A stretch of DNA of 53,069 nucleotides from Deltaproteobacteria bacterium (GCA_005888115.1 VBKO01000053.1:1-53069); one strand, 5' to 3'; shown: positions 1 to 11,723, counted from the stretch's first letter. Notes: a model not told the origin generated them from the sequence alone. Program-made: numbers and translations.

Positions 1-1
1 C

Positions 2-235
2 GGCGCCGTAGCCGCGCGCGGGGACATGGATGACGCGGGCGCCCGATTCCCGGGCGAGCCGCTGCGAGCCATCCGCCGAGCCGTTGTCGGCCACCAGGAT
101 TTCCGCGACGATGCCGTTCGCGCGGCAGGTCTCGCGTGCCTTCGCCACGCACGTCCCGACGGTCCTCGCCTCGTCGAGGCAGGGCATGAGCACCGTCAGC
201 TCGACTGGAGCGGATTCGATTGCGGCGGCATGCAT
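2..235 (-). CDS. glycosyltransferase family 2, N-terminal part (gene runs off the left edge)
   Basis: Read directly from the minus strand: ATG at 235, then MHAAAIESAPVELTVLMPCLDEARTVGTCVAKARETCRANGIVAEILVADNGSADGSQRLARESGARVIHVPARGYGA. This is a typical GT2 N-terminus (VxxPCxxE ... DNGSxDGS). No stop before position 1, so it is absent from the ORF track. Confidence 0.7.
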   Translation of the reverse strand, partial: MHAAAIESAPVELTVLMPCLDEARTVGTCVAKARETCRANGIVAEILVADNGSADGSQRLARESGARVIHVPARGYGA

Positions 236-269
236 CGACGCCGCAACTCTATCGGCCAGTCCGCGCCGA

Positions 270-857
270 TCAATTTCGCCGCCGGCTCACCGAGACGAAT
301 TCGTTGTAGTGAAAAATACGACCGACGAGGCGCGGGAAGGGAAACGAGTACTCCCGCACCGGCGAGAATCCCACCTGCTCGACGGCGGCGCGGATCTTCT
401 CCAGGTCGAAGAACTCCACGTGTGTAGGGTCGCTGCGGAAACCGGCCTCCTGCGGGGTCATCACGATGATCCGGCCGTCGGATTTGAGCAGCGGCACGTA
501 CTCGCGGATGAGTTGCACGAACTCGGCAAAAGTCATGTGCTCGGCGACGTGGGACAGGAGCATGGTGTCGAAGCGCGCGCCCGCGTTGTGCTGCGAGCGG
601 CGGAACTCCTCGGGCGTGAAAGCGATGAATCCCGATTGGCGGCAGGCGTTCACCGAGTGCGGGTTGTGATCGACTCCGATTCCCGCCCCTCGCAGGTGGG
701 ACAGGTTGCGTCCCACGCCGCAGCCGATCTCCAGCGTGAACCCGGGCCGCAGGCGCCGCAGGTTCCAGCGGTAGGGCGCCTGGACGTCGAGGAGCCGCTT
801 CCAGCGGGAACCCTGCGCGCGCAAGAGCCTGCGGGTGTACTCCTCGTCCTTGGTCAT
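270..857 (-). CDS. class I SAM-dependent methyltransferase
   Basis: Last 195 aa of ORF 270..1526, starting at MTKDEEY. SAM motif I is LEIGCGVGRN. The start overlaps the stop of the upstream GT2 gene (ATGA). Confidence 0.85.
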   Translation of the reverse strand: MTKDEEYTRRLLRAQGSRWKRLLDVQAPYRWNLRRLRPGFTLEIGCGVGRNLSHLRGAGIGVDHNPHSVNACRQSGFIAFTPEEFRRSQHNAGARFDTMLLSHVAEHMTFAEFVQLIREYVPLLKSDGRIIVMTPQEAGFRSDPTHVEFFDLEKIRAAVEQVGFSPVREYSFPFPRLVGRIFHYNEFVSVSRRRN

Positions 858-1813
858 GCCGCTGCGCGGGCGCGGCCACGGTCGCCGAGCAGGCGCAGTC
901 GCGCCCCTACCCGCTCGGCGATGCGCGAGTCGCGCAGGTAGCGCCTCCAGCCGGAGGGACCGAGCGCGAGAAAGCCCGCGCCCAGCCTTCCCCACGGCGC
1001 AGGACGGCGGTGCAGACCGCCCGCGAGCGCCAGGTTCAGCTCCACGGAGAACTCGGCGACCGATGCGAGGCGTCGGTTGCCACCCGCCGCGGCCGGCAGG
1101 TGACGGCGGAGGACGGTCTCCAATTGCAGGCGCAGGTCGTCGGCGCGCGCCGACCGCCGGGCGGTCTGCGAGGCGCTGTGGATGCGGAACGCGGCCAGCG
1201 GTTCGGGGTGGTGCACGATCGTGCCTTTGGATGAGAGCTTGAGCCAGAGATCCCAGTCGGCAGCGTACCAGAGCGACTCGTCCATGCCGCCGGCCTGCAG
1301 CGCCAGCTCGCGCCGGAAGAGCGGCGCCGGCACCGCCAGGAAATTCTGCACGATGAGTCGCTCCAGCGCGAGCGCGGGATCCACCCTGCCCGGCGGCAGT
1401 GGGCAGCGCCAGCGTCCCAGGCGCGCGCCGCGCGCATCGACGAACCACGACGGGTGCACGACGAGCGTAGCCTCGGGAACCGCGTCCAGCTCGGCGCGCA
1501 GCGCCCGCAGCCGCCCGTGCATCCACAGGTCGTCCTGGTGCAGGAGGCAGGCGTACTCTCCGCGGGCGATCGCGAGCCCGTGGTTGGTGCTCGCCACCCA
1601 GTTTCCGGTTCGCGAGCGGCGCACGATGCGGAGCGGCAGCCGGGAAGAGTACGCCTCGAGCGTGGCGACGGTGCCATCCTCCGACCCGTCATCGATGGCG
1701 ATCACCTCGAAGTCGCCACCCGCCTGCTGCGCGCGGATGCTCTCGAGCGCGGCCGCGAGGAACGCACCTCCGTTGTAGGTGGGCATGACGACCGAGAGCC
1801 AGGGCGTGCTCAT
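854..1813 (-). CDS. glycosyltransferase family 2
   Basis: ORF 854..1894, with the start taken at Met28 (MSTPWLSVVMPTYNGGAFL). GT2 signatures: VVMPTYNG, AIDDGSEDGT, LLHQDD. Confidence 0.88.
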   Translation of the reverse strand: MSTPWLSVVMPTYNGGAFLAAALESIRAQQAGGDFEVIAIDDGSEDGTVATLEAYSSRLPLRIVRRSRTGNWVASTNHGLAIARGEYACLLHQDDLWMHGRLRALRAELDAVPEATLVVHPSWFVDARGARLGRWRCPLPPGRVDPALALERLIVQNFLAVPAPLFRRELALQAGGMDESLWYAADWDLWLKLSSKGTIVHHPEPLAAFRIHSASQTARRSARADDLRLQLETVLRRHLPAAAGGNRRLASVAEFSVELNLALAGGLHRRPAPWGRLGAGFLALGPSGWRRYLRDSRIAERVGARLRLLGDRGRARAAA

Positions 1814-1896
1814 CTTCGCAGCCTCGTTCCGGGGCGCGCACCCGGGCCATGATACCTTCCCGCTCCGATGGCCCGCAGCCTGCCGAGCGCGCATCG

Positions 1897-2664
1897 ATGA
1901 GGCACGTGAGGTTTCTGGGAAGCCTCGTGGCCGAGAACGGACTCCTCTGGACGTTCGAGTGGACGCTCTCGCAGCTCCTCAAAGGCGTGCTCGGACGGGT
2001 GGAGCGAAGCCTCGAGTCGCTGGAGCGCCGGCGCGCGCTCCCGGGCTTGAGCGGCGCGGCGGCGAACCGGAGCATCTGGGACGGCTACGACTGGCGCCGC
2101 GGCGGCGAGGAGTGGACTCCGTCCGCCGAGTGGAAGCGGTCGCTGACCGCGCTCATCCGGGAGCGCGCGCCAAGGCAAGGGGCGATCCTCGAGATCGGGC
2201 CGGGCGCAGGACGGTGGACGGAGGCGCTCCAGAAGCTGGCCGGCGCGCTGACGGTAGTCGACGTTTCGCGGACCAGCATCGAAGCCTGCCGCGCGCGGCT
2301 CGCAGGAAGCGACAACGTCCGCTACCTGGTGAACGACGGGCGGACGCTGCCGGACATCCCCGATGACTCGATCGATTTCATCTGGTCGTTCGACACCTTC
2401 GTCCACGTCTCGCCGGAGGACACGGCCGCCTACGCTGGCGAGTTCCGGCGCGTGCTGCGCAGTGGCGGACGCGGCATCGTCCACCACCCCGCCTCGGGAG
2501 GCCTGCGCGGCGGGTTCCGCAGCCGCATGACCAGCGACGCGTTCACGTCGCTCCTGCGTTCCACCGGCCTGGTCCCCCTCGAGCAGTTCGATTCGTGGGG
2601 ACCGCAAGGCGCGTTCGACGTGAAGCACTTCGGGGACGCGATCACCGTCTTCGCCAAGGAGTGA
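1897..2664 (+). CDS. class I SAM-dependent methyltransferase
   Basis: ORF 1849..2664. Motif I is ILEIGPGAGRW, followed by VVDVS and FIWSFDTFVH. Start taken at Met17 (MRHVRF); ATG 1849 is an alternative. Divergent from the GT2 gene. Confidence 0.82.
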   Translation: MRHVRFLGSLVAENGLLWTFEWTLSQLLKGVLGRVERSLESLERRRALPGLSGAAANRSIWDGYDWRRGGEEWTPSAEWKRSLTALIRERAPRQGAILEIGPGAGRWTEALQKLAGALTVVDVSRTSIEACRARLAGSDNVRYLVNDGRTLPDIPDDSIDFIWSFDTFVHVSPEDTAAYAGEFRRVLRSGGRGIVHHPASGGLRGGFRSRMTSDAFTSLLRSTGLVPLEQFDSWGPQGAFDVKHFGDAITVFAKE

Positions 2665-2708
2665 GCCGGACGCTTCGCGCCGCGCGCTCCCGGCCGCGGC
2701 CGTCGTGC

Positions 2709-4442
2709 TCACTCGACCGCCCACACCGTGGCCACCTCGTTCGCCGCCATCCTGCGCGAGCCCGGGAAGGCGCGCCGCATCCAGTCCGCGTCCGACTCCT
2801 CTCCGGCGCTGAGCAGGATCCAGCGCGACCCGTCCAGGAACGGGTCGTTCTGCACCAGGTCCTGCGAGTAGTAGCCGCGATCCCGTCGCACGAAGACGAC
2901 CCGCCGCTCCTGCGACGCGGCGGCGCGCGGAAGCTGCGCCAGGTGATCGTCGATGAAGCTGCGCACCTGCGCGAAGCGGAGACCGGTCCCCAGGGCGAGG
3001 CTAAGCACGGCGCACACGAGCATCACCCGTGGCAGGAAGGTCTTCTCGACGTCGGGGCTGGTGAGGAAGGCGGCTGCGAGCAGCGGCACTGCGCCCCAGG
3101 CGGAGTGGAAATAGCGGAACCCCCAGCCGTGGCCTTGGTTGAACGGCACGAACATGTAACCGGCCAGCGTGCACACCGCCGATAGTGCGAGCAGGGACAG
3201 TCGGCGGTCCTCCGCTCGGCGCACGGATCGGAGTCCCCCCCAGCAGGCCACCAGCAGGAGACCCGGGGCTGCCCAGAGGATCAGCTCGACCAGGCCCGCG
3301 GCCCGCGCAAGGATGAGGTCGACGCCCGGCGCGCTGAAGGCGATCCGCGCCAGTCCGGCGACGAGCTGCACGGGGCCCGCAGCTTGCGCGGTAGTGCCGG
3401 CGAGCCGCGATCGAACCCAGAGCCAGCCGACACCGAGCAGGGCCGACAACGGGACGTATCCGAGAAGCAATGCCGCCAAACGCCGCGCGCCGCCCTGGCG
3501 CAGTGCGATCCACGCCATCCAGGGGAGCGCGAACAGGAGGTGCGGCACCGGGTTGTGCAACGCCAGGGCGAAAGAACCGACGGCGCCCGCCGCGACCAGC
3601 CGCCTTGGCGCAGGCTCGAGCACGAGCGAGACGAAGAGCAGGTTGAACAAGAGGTGGGCGCCCATCGAGTAGAACGAGATCGCGTTCACGGCGAACGCGG
3701 GAGAGGCGGCAGTGAGGAGCACCGCCCAGCCCGCGGCCGACGGCGAAGGCAAGAGCCTGCGGGCGAGGCGCCAGACGATCCAGAGGGTGGCGCCCCCGAG
3801 GAGCGGATTGAGGAGCCAGGGCAGGCCGAGCGCCGCGAACGGAGTCAGCAGCAAGGCGAAGCCGGGCCAGTACGAGGAGATGACCCGTCCGTCGACCGCG
3901 GCCTCGAGGAACTCGCCGCTGCGGACCGGTACGAGCCGCGGCAGGACCTGGGGTGGCACTTCTCCCCAGAGCGATCCGCGGGCGAACGCGCGCGCCTGGA
4001 AGAGCGGGGCGTACTCGTCCATCGAGAGCGGATGGCGGTGGTAGACGACCACCGCGGCCACCGCCAGCGTGGCGGTCGCCGCCGCGATGAACGTCCACGG
4101 GCGCGCGGCGAGCCTTTCCACGGCTCCGTCCAGGGCGCCGGGCCAGAAAAACCGCGCGACCAGGACGGAGGCGAGAACGACCGCGAGGCCGAGCACGGCC
4201 GCAGCCGGTTCGTCGCGCAAGAACAGGTGCCAGAAGATGTGCAGCTTCGCTCCGGGGCGGACGTCTTCGAGCACCACCGCGCGCAGCGCGAAGCAGACGA
4301 CCGCGCTCGCCCCGGTCCAGCCGATCAGCGCGCCGAGGACCCGCGGCCGCGGCGCGGAGACGGGTGCGGCCGCGGAGGTAAAGGTGGGCGCCGGGCGTTT
4401 TGCGTGGTCGTTGCCGAAAAGCGGGTTGCGCATCGGCGCCAT
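2709..4442 (-). CDS. large polytopic membrane protein, possible GT-C-type glycosyltransferase
   Basis: ORF 2709..4634, start taken at MAPMRNP (Met65). Many hydrophobic segments. The early loop motif SMDEYAPLFQARAFARG resembles the DE..Y loop-1 motif of ArnT/PMT-like GT-C enzymes. C-terminal soluble tail. Function not proven. Confidence 0.7.
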   Translation of the reverse strand: MAPMRNPLFGNDHAKRPAPTFTSAAAPVSAPRPRVLGALIGWTGASAVVCFALRAVVLEDVRPGAKLHIFWHLFLRDEPAAAVLGLAVVLASVLVARFFWPGALDGAVERLAARPWTFIAAATATLAVAAVVVYHRHPLSMDEYAPLFQARAFARGSLWGEVPPQVLPRLVPVRSGEFLEAAVDGRVISSYWPGFALLLTPFAALGLPWLLNPLLGGATLWIVWRLARRLLPSPSAAGWAVLLTAASPAFAVNAISFYSMGAHLLFNLLFVSLVLEPAPRRLVAAGAVGSFALALHNPVPHLLFALPWMAWIALRQGGARRLAALLLGYVPLSALLGVGWLWVRSRLAGTTAQAAGPVQLVAGLARIAFSAPGVDLILARAAGLVELILWAAPGLLLVACWGGLRSVRRAEDRRLSLLALSAVCTLAGYMFVPFNQGHGWGFRYFHSAWGAVPLLAAAFLTSPDVEKTFLPRVMLVCAVLSLALGTGLRFAQVRSFIDDHLAQLPRAAASQERRVVFVRRDRGYYSQDLVQNDPFLDGSRWILLSAGEESDADWMRRAFPGSRRMAANEVATVWAVE

Positions 4443-4454
4443 GCTAGCATCGAT

Positions 4455-5942
4455 ATGCAAATGAACGAGACGAAAGTTGCCATTCTCGGCGCCGGCCCCG
4501 CCGGTCTGACCGCCGCATATCTCCTCGGCAAAAAAGGCGTCCCGGCGACCGTGCTCGAGCGCGACCCACGCTACGTGGGCGGCATCTCGCGCACAGAAAA
4601 CTACAAAGGATTCCATTTTGATATTGGCGGGCATCGCTTCTTTTCAAAATCGAAACAGATCGAGGACTTGTGGACCGAGATCCTGCCGCACGATCTCCTC
4701 GTGCGGCCCCGATCGTCGCGCATCTATTACGACGGCAAGTTCTTCAGCTATCCGCTCAGGGGAGCGGAGGCATTGCTCAAGCTCGGCCCGCTGGAGGCCG
4801 TGCGCTGCGCGCTCTCGTACGCGCGTGCCCGACTCGCACCGGCGAGGTCGCCGCGCAGCTTCGAGGATTGGGTCGTCGCCCAGTTCGGCAGGAGGCTGTT
4901 CGAGATCTTCTTCAAGACCTACACCGAGAAGGTGTGGGGCATGTCCTGCAAGGAAATCTCCGCCGATTGGGCGGCGCAGAGGATCAAGGGCTTGTCGCTT
5001 TCGTCGGCCGTGCTCCGCGCGCTCCTGCCGCGGCGCAAGCCGCGCGGCGAGGTCATCAAGACGCTCATCGATTCATTCCGCTACCCGCGCAAGGGTCCGG
5101 GGATGATGTGGGAGGCATGTGCCGAGAAGGTGCGTGCACGGGGCGGCCGGGTCCTGATGGGCGCGGCGGTCGCCGAGCTCGCCCACGACCGATCCGCCAG
5201 CCGCTGGACGGTGGTCGCTTCCCGGGAGGGCACGCGCGAGCAGCTCGTCGCCGAGCATGTCGTCTCTTCGATCCCTCTGCGAAGCCTCGCGCGCATGCTC
5301 AGGCCGCGGCTTTCGCAGCGTGCCCTCGAGGCGGCGGAAGCTCTGCGCTACCGCGACTTCCTCACCGTGATGCTCGTGCTCAAGGACGCGAAACGGTTCG
5401 ATGACAACTGGATCTACATCCACGACCCGGGCGTGAAGGTCGGGCGGATCCAGAACTTCAAGTCCTGGTCGCCGGAGATGGTGCCCGATCCCGCGCTCTG
5501 CTGCTATGGCCTCGAGTACTTCTGCTTCGAGGGTGACGGGCTCTGGAGCTCGTCGGATGCCGACCTGCTCGCCCTCGCCGCGGGCGAGCTGGAGCAGGTC
5601 GGCCTCGCCACGCGCAGCGAGGTGCTCGACGGCTGCGTCGTCCGCCAGCCCAAGGCGTATCCCGTCTACGATGCGAGCTACGCCGCGAACGTCGAGGTGA
5701 TCCGGCGCGAGCTGAAGGACCGTTTCCCGACCCTGCACGTGACCGGGCGGAACGGGATGCACAAGTACAACAACCAGGACCATTCGATGATGACGGCCCT
5801 GCTGACGGTGGAGAACATCGTCGCCGGCCGGGAAATCTACGACGTCTGGCGGGTGAACGAGGACGCCGAGTACCACGAAGAGGGGGAGCGCGCCTCGAAC
5901 GCTTCGGTGAGCGGCCTCCGCCAGGTGCCGCAGCGTGCTTGA
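4455..5942 (+). CDS. FAD/NAD(P)-binding oxidoreductase (amine-oxidase / UDP-galactopyranose-mutase-like fold)
   Basis: In-frame ATG inside ORF 3384..5942. N-terminus is MQMNETKVAILGAGPAGLTAAYLLGKKGVPATVLERD (GxGxxG plus an acidic residue ending beta-2), then GGHRFF. 495 aa. Confidence 0.85.
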   Translation: MQMNETKVAILGAGPAGLTAAYLLGKKGVPATVLERDPRYVGGISRTENYKGFHFDIGGHRFFSKSKQIEDLWTEILPHDLLVRPRSSRIYYDGKFFSYPLRGAEALLKLGPLEAVRCALSYARARLAPARSPRSFEDWVVAQFGRRLFEIFFKTYTEKVWGMSCKEISADWAAQRIKGLSLSSAVLRALLPRRKPRGEVIKTLIDSFRYPRKGPGMMWEACAEKVRARGGRVLMGAAVAELAHDRSASRWTVVASREGTREQLVAEHVVSSIPLRSLARMLRPRLSQRALEAAEALRYRDFLTVMLVLKDAKRFDDNWIYIHDPGVKVGRIQNFKSWSPEMVPDPALCCYGLEYFCFEGDGLWSSSDADLLALAAGELEQVGLATRSEVLDGCVVRQPKAYPVYDASYAANVEVIRRELKDRFPTLHVTGRNGMHKYNNQDHSMMTALLTVENIVAGREIYDVWRVNEDAEYHEEGERASNASVSGLRQVPQRA

Positions 5943-7512
5943 GGCCGGGCGGCGCAGGGCCGAACTGGCCATCGCCGGCGCGCTGGCGTTCGCATTCGCG
6001 GCGGCCTGCGCTTCCGGCATCGAGGGCCTCGGCGACAGCGACCCGTACCGCCACCTGCAAACGGCGCGCGACCTCGTTCGAAGCGGGTTCCGGCTGCGCG
6101 GCGCACCGTTCCTGCCCTTCACTCTTCTGGGCAGCTCGGGGGTCGATCTGTGGCTCGGGTTCCACTGGCTCATGGTGCCGTTCACGGCGCTCGGCACGCT
6201 GTGGGGAGCGCGTCTCGCCGGCGCCGCCATCGCGGCATTCGCCGCGGTAGCGCTGGCCTGGCTCCTGCGGCGGCTCGGACAGGAGCGTCCCGCCGCCTTC
6301 GCCCTGGCTCCGCTGGCGATCTCGCCCTTCTTCGCTTTCCGCGACCACCTCGCGCGGCCCACCCACCTGACCGTGCCGCTCGTCCTCGCCGGGCTCGCCG
6401 CCGGCGCGGGGGAGCTGCATCCTGGCTTCGCCTTCGCCGCCGCCTTCCTCCACGGCCTCCTCCATCTCTCCTCGCCGCTCTCGCCCTTCTTCGTCCTCCT
6501 CGGGATTGCCGGCGCCCGCCTCGGTGGCGGGCGCGGGTCGTTGCGTGCGCTTCTCTGGTCCATCGCGGGGCTCGCCCTGGCGTTCCTCGTGCGGCCCGAT
6601 CGGGCGCAGTACCTGACCGTCGCCTTCCTCCACAACGCGACGACGCTCGACCTGCTCGCCCGCGAATCGCTTCCCAACTCGGGCCTCGAGGCGAAGCCAC
6701 TCGGCGCGGAATTCTTGCTGGCGGAAACCTGGTTCGGGCTCGCGCTCCTTGCGGGCGCCTGGGGGGCGTCGCGTGGGGGCACGCCCGCGGGGAGCCGCGC
6801 GATGCGGGCGTCCGCGCTGCTCGCCATCGGACTCGTGCTCCCGCTGTCGCTACGCACCGCGCGCTTCCTCGATTACGTCCCGCCGCTGCTGGCGCTCGGC
6901 GCCGGCCTCTTCTGGCCCCGGGAAGGGCTGCGCGAAGGGGCGCGACGGTTTCTTCCCGCCGCAGTGGCGGTCTGCGCCGCCGTCCTGGCGGCCAGGAACC
7001 TGTCCATCGCCTGGGAGGTGGGGAACGGAAACCTCGGCCCGCCTTCCACCTACGAGCGACTCGCCGAGGAGGTCCGCGCCCGCGTGCCGCCCGGATCGTT
7101 GCTCTTCACGGACGACACCTTCCGTACCGCGCCCATCTACGCCTCGCTTCCCGAGTATCGCTACATCTCGATGGCCGATCCGTCGCTGCTGCACGCGGCC
7201 AATCCGGGGCTGTTCTGGCAGTGGCACCACGCCGTCCACGATGGCACCTACTGCCGGGCGCGCAGGTGCGACGGCGCGCCTTCCGGCTCGGAGGCGGTGG
7301 CCGGGGCGGTCCGTGCTTTCTCCAGCGAGTGGATCGTGACCGACGCTTCGCCGCATCCTTCGGCCATCGTGCGTGTGATGGCAGGGGCGCCGGATCGTTT
7401 CGAGCTGGTCGGCGGTGCTCAGGCCGGAGGATTCGGCCTGGTCCTCTGGCACCTCAAGCCCGCCTCGCCCGGATCGGCGCTTGCTGCTCCCCGAGCCGGA
7501 TCCGGGGGCTAA
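5935..7512 (+). CDS. large polytopic membrane protein, possible GT-C-type glycosyltransferase
   Basis: ORF 5935..7512 (GTG start, 8-nt overlap with the oxidoreductase gene). About 10 or more hydrophobic segments. The early loop GDSDPYRHLQTARDLVRSG is GT-C loop-1-like. C-terminal soluble domain. Confidence 0.7.
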   Translation: MLEAGRRRAELAIAGALAFAFAAACASGIEGLGDSDPYRHLQTARDLVRSGFRLRGAPFLPFTLLGSSGVDLWLGFHWLMVPFTALGTLWGARLAGAAIAAFAAVALAWLLRRLGQERPAAFALAPLAISPFFAFRDHLARPTHLTVPLVLAGLAAGAGELHPGFAFAAAFLHGLLHLSSPLSPFFVLLGIAGARLGGGRGSLRALLWSIAGLALAFLVRPDRAQYLTVAFLHNATTLDLLARESLPNSGLEAKPLGAEFLLAETWFGLALLAGAWGASRGGTPAGSRAMRASALLAIGLVLPLSLRTARFLDYVPPLLALGAGLFWPREGLREGARRFLPAAVAVCAAVLAARNLSIAWEVGNGNLGPPSTYERLAEEVRARVPPGSLLFTDDTFRTAPIYASLPEYRYISMADPSLLHAANPGLFWQWHHAVHDGTYCRARRCDGAPSGSEAVAGAVRAFSSEWIVTDASPHPSAIVRVMAGAPDRFELVGGAQAGGFGLVLWHLKPASPGSALAAPRAGSGG

Positions 7513-7522
7513 AGGACGCGAG

Positions 7523-9181
<1,659 letters not shown>

Positions 9182-9266
9182 GTGCGTCCTCGAGGCCAGT
9201 CGCCGCCGTATTCGGCGGCGCTGTGCTGTTGAGAGTGGACGTTCCGGATGCACTCTCGTCGCGAAT

Positions 9267-10070
9267 CTACCTGACGCCTTCCGCGTACGCGACCGCGTAC
9301 CAGAAAGCGGCATCGGGCCGCTTCCCGAACCGCCGGATCTGCGCCAGCGCCTCGTCGACTTCCGCCGCCCCGAGCAGTCCGGCTCCCACGATGGTGTCGC
9401 GCGTCGCGGCCAAGAGGAAGTGCAGGTTCTCGACGAAGGCGGGAAAGGCCGGCTCGCCGGCGCACGCTCCGAAGAAGAGCCACGTGCACCTCGTCGGCCG
9501 CGCCCCCGCGTCGTGCAGGAGCGCGGCCAGGCGGCGGCCCACGATCGGGTCATTGCCGAGCCGATCGTAAGTGCGCATGTACGCCCGCCAGAGTGGCCTG
9601 AGGCCCGGCGGCTCCGGCCACAGGCGGAGCACGTCGTGATCGTCGTCCTGGAGCACGATGCGTCCGCCGGGGCGCACGGCGCGCACCATGGCCTTCACCA
9701 CCGCGAGCGGATCGTGCACGTGCTCCAGCACGAACCGCGCATGCGCAAGATCGTACGCGCCGGCCTCCACCTGCGCGCCCAGCACGTCGGATTCGCGCAG
9801 CTCGAGGAGATGCTCCTCTCCCGCGGCGCGCGCCTGCCGCATCGCCTCGGCGATCTGCTCGGCGCTGCGCTCCAGCCCTACCGCACGCACACCTGCCTGG
9901 CGCGCCATCGCTCGCGTCAGCTGCGAAAGCCCGCTGCCGAAATCGACGATGCGCTCGCCGCCGCGCAGCCGCAGCTCACGGAGCGCCGCGTCGTTGAGCA
10001 GCTGGTTGAGCTGCGAGAGCCGCGCCTGCTCCTCGGGCGCGGTGCCATGGATGTAGCGGGATTCGCTCAA
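9267..10070 (-). CDS. class I SAM-dependent methyltransferase (type 11-like)
   Basis: C-terminal 267 aa of ORF 9267..11213. Motif I is [11 protein letters not shown]; GGRIVLQD is also present. The only plausible start is TTG (LSESRYIHG), overlapping the nnrS stop as TTGA, so the start is uncertain. Confidence 0.75.
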   Translation of the reverse strand: MSESRYIHGTAPEEQARLSQLNQLLNDAALRELRLRGGERIVDFGSGLSQLTRAMARQAGVRAVGLERSAEQIAEAMRQARAAGEEHLLELRESDVLGAQVEAGAYDLAHARFVLEHVHDPLAVVKAMVRAVRPGGRIVLQDDDHDVLRLWPEPPGLRPLWRAYMRTYDRLGNDPIVGRRLAALLHDAGARPTRCTWLFFGACAGEPAFPAFVENLHFLLAATRDTIVGAGLLGAAEVDEALAQIRRFGKRPDAAFWYAVAYAEGVR

Positions 10071-11272
10071 GGGCGCCTCGCCAGCGCCAGCGCCGCCCAG
10101 GGAACGGTCGCGGTCAGGAACGCCGCGGCCGAGGCGCCCAGCCAGAGGTGGAAGTGGGGCGGGTCCACTTCCAGCAAGACGCGCGCGACCAGCGCCGCGA
10201 CGAGCAGCCCGCAGGAGGCGACGAGCTGCCAGGGGCGTCCGCGGAGCGGTTCGGGCCGCCCGCCGTGCGACAGCGCCACCTGGGTGGAGACGGCGAGCAC
10301 CAGGGCGGTGAAGCAGCCGAGGAAGACGAGGTGGAGGCCGGCGCGCCGGTACTCCGGGGCGACGGCCACCCACAGGTAGCCGGCCGGCAACATCCACACC
10401 GACCAGCGCGCCACGCGGCGGTGCAACCCGGGCAGGGTCGGGGGGTGCAGCGCTTGCAAGGAGCCGATCACGACCGAGAGCACGATCGCGGCGCGCAGCG
10501 CGTACGCGGCCTGCACCGAGACCCGGTGCTCGAGGAAGAACGTCGCCGCGAAGGCCAGCGCAAGCACCGCATGGAGCGCGTAAGCCGAGGCGGACGGCGG
10601 CCGCTCCGACGTCGGATCCACCCCGCGGGTGATCGCCGGCAAGAGCAGTCCGCCGATCCCCAGCACGAGCCCGGTGAACAGGCCCTGCAGCAAGAGTCCC
10701 CGCCCGACCAGGTGCAGCCAGAATGCGCGATCCTCCAGCGCCGCCCCGACGCCGGCCAGCAGCGCACCCGCGCCGCCCATCAGCAGCCCCGCCGCGACCC
10801 AGACGAAGCTGGCGGGAATCGGGCGGGTGCCGCGCCGCGCGCGCGGGACGACGAACCCGACCAGCACCGCGATGAGAGCGATCCAGGAGATCTGCGCCGG
10901 GAGCCACTGCTCGAACCAGGCGCAGACCACCGAAACGACGGGCGCGGCAAGCGCCACGGCCATCTGCCACCAGGCCGGCGGGGCGGTCCCGGTGCGGCGC
11001 GGGACGAAGGTGAAAAGGAAGCCGACCGCGAAGCAGGTGAGGAATCCCTCCACCTGGGCGACGGGATGGAAGGCGGCGCGGTAGCCGATTGCCTCGAACA
11101 TGGGGCGGTAGAGGCCGGTGGCGCCGAGCGAAAAGAAAAGCCAAGGGAGCACGCCAGCCCAGGCGAGCAAGGCACCCAGGGGAAAGAGCAGCAGGTACGG
11201 GTCGCGACGCCACGGCGGCGCCGAGGAGAGCTCGGGCGAGAGCGGCGAGAGGCGCAGCGGCGGCGTGCCCAT
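10067..11272 (-). CDS. nnrS: NnrS family heme-copper membrane protein
   Basis: ORF 10067..11272, 401 aa, about 12 hydrophobic helices. FHPVAQVEGFLTCFAVGFLFTFVPRRTG matches the NnrS pattern (HxHExxFGF...GFLLTAxPxWTG-like). Confidence 0.8.
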   Translation of the reverse strand: MGTPPLRLSPLSPELSSAPPWRRDPYLLLFPLGALLAWAGVLPWLFFSLGATGLYRPMFEAIGYRAAFHPVAQVEGFLTCFAVGFLFTFVPRRTGTAPPAWWQMAVALAAPVVSVVCAWFEQWLPAQISWIALIAVLVGFVVPRARRGTRPIPASFVWVAAGLLMGGAGALLAGVGAALEDRAFWLHLVGRGLLLQGLFTGLVLGIGGLLLPAITRGVDPTSERPPSASAYALHAVLALAFAATFFLEHRVSVQAAYALRAAIVLSVVIGSLQALHPPTLPGLHRRVARWSVWMLPAGYLWVAVAPEYRRAGLHLVFLGCFTALVLAVSTQVALSHGGRPEPLRGRPWQLVASCGLLVAALVARVLLEVDPPHFHLWLGASAAAFLTATVPWAALALARRP

Positions 11273-11723
11273 CTACACCACCACGGCCAGCCTGGCTCCC
11301 GCCTCCACCGCCTGCCCTTCCTGCGCGTGCAGCTCGGAGACCAGACCTGGTCGCCCTGCTTGACGAGCACCCGCACCACCTTGCCCGGCATGGGCGAGTC
11401 GATGCGCTGCGGGCCCTCCAAGGTGAACTTTCCCGAGGCGCGGCGCAGGCGCATGCGGCGCTCGTCGAGGATCTCCAGCTGGTGCACCTCGTCGCCGACC
11501 AGGACGGCGACCCTGCCGTCCTTGCCGGGCTCGACTTCGCATCGCACGCTGCGGCCGTCGATGATCAGCGACATCGCATGCCCGGCCAGGTGCACGGCGT
11601 CGACGTCCACCGCGCGGGGATTCTTGCCCACCTGCGTCCCGTGGTGGATTGCCAGCCGGTACGTCTCCCCGCGCGGCGTCACCTCGACCAACCGCTCCAC
11701 GCCTCCGATCGATGCCTGGTATC

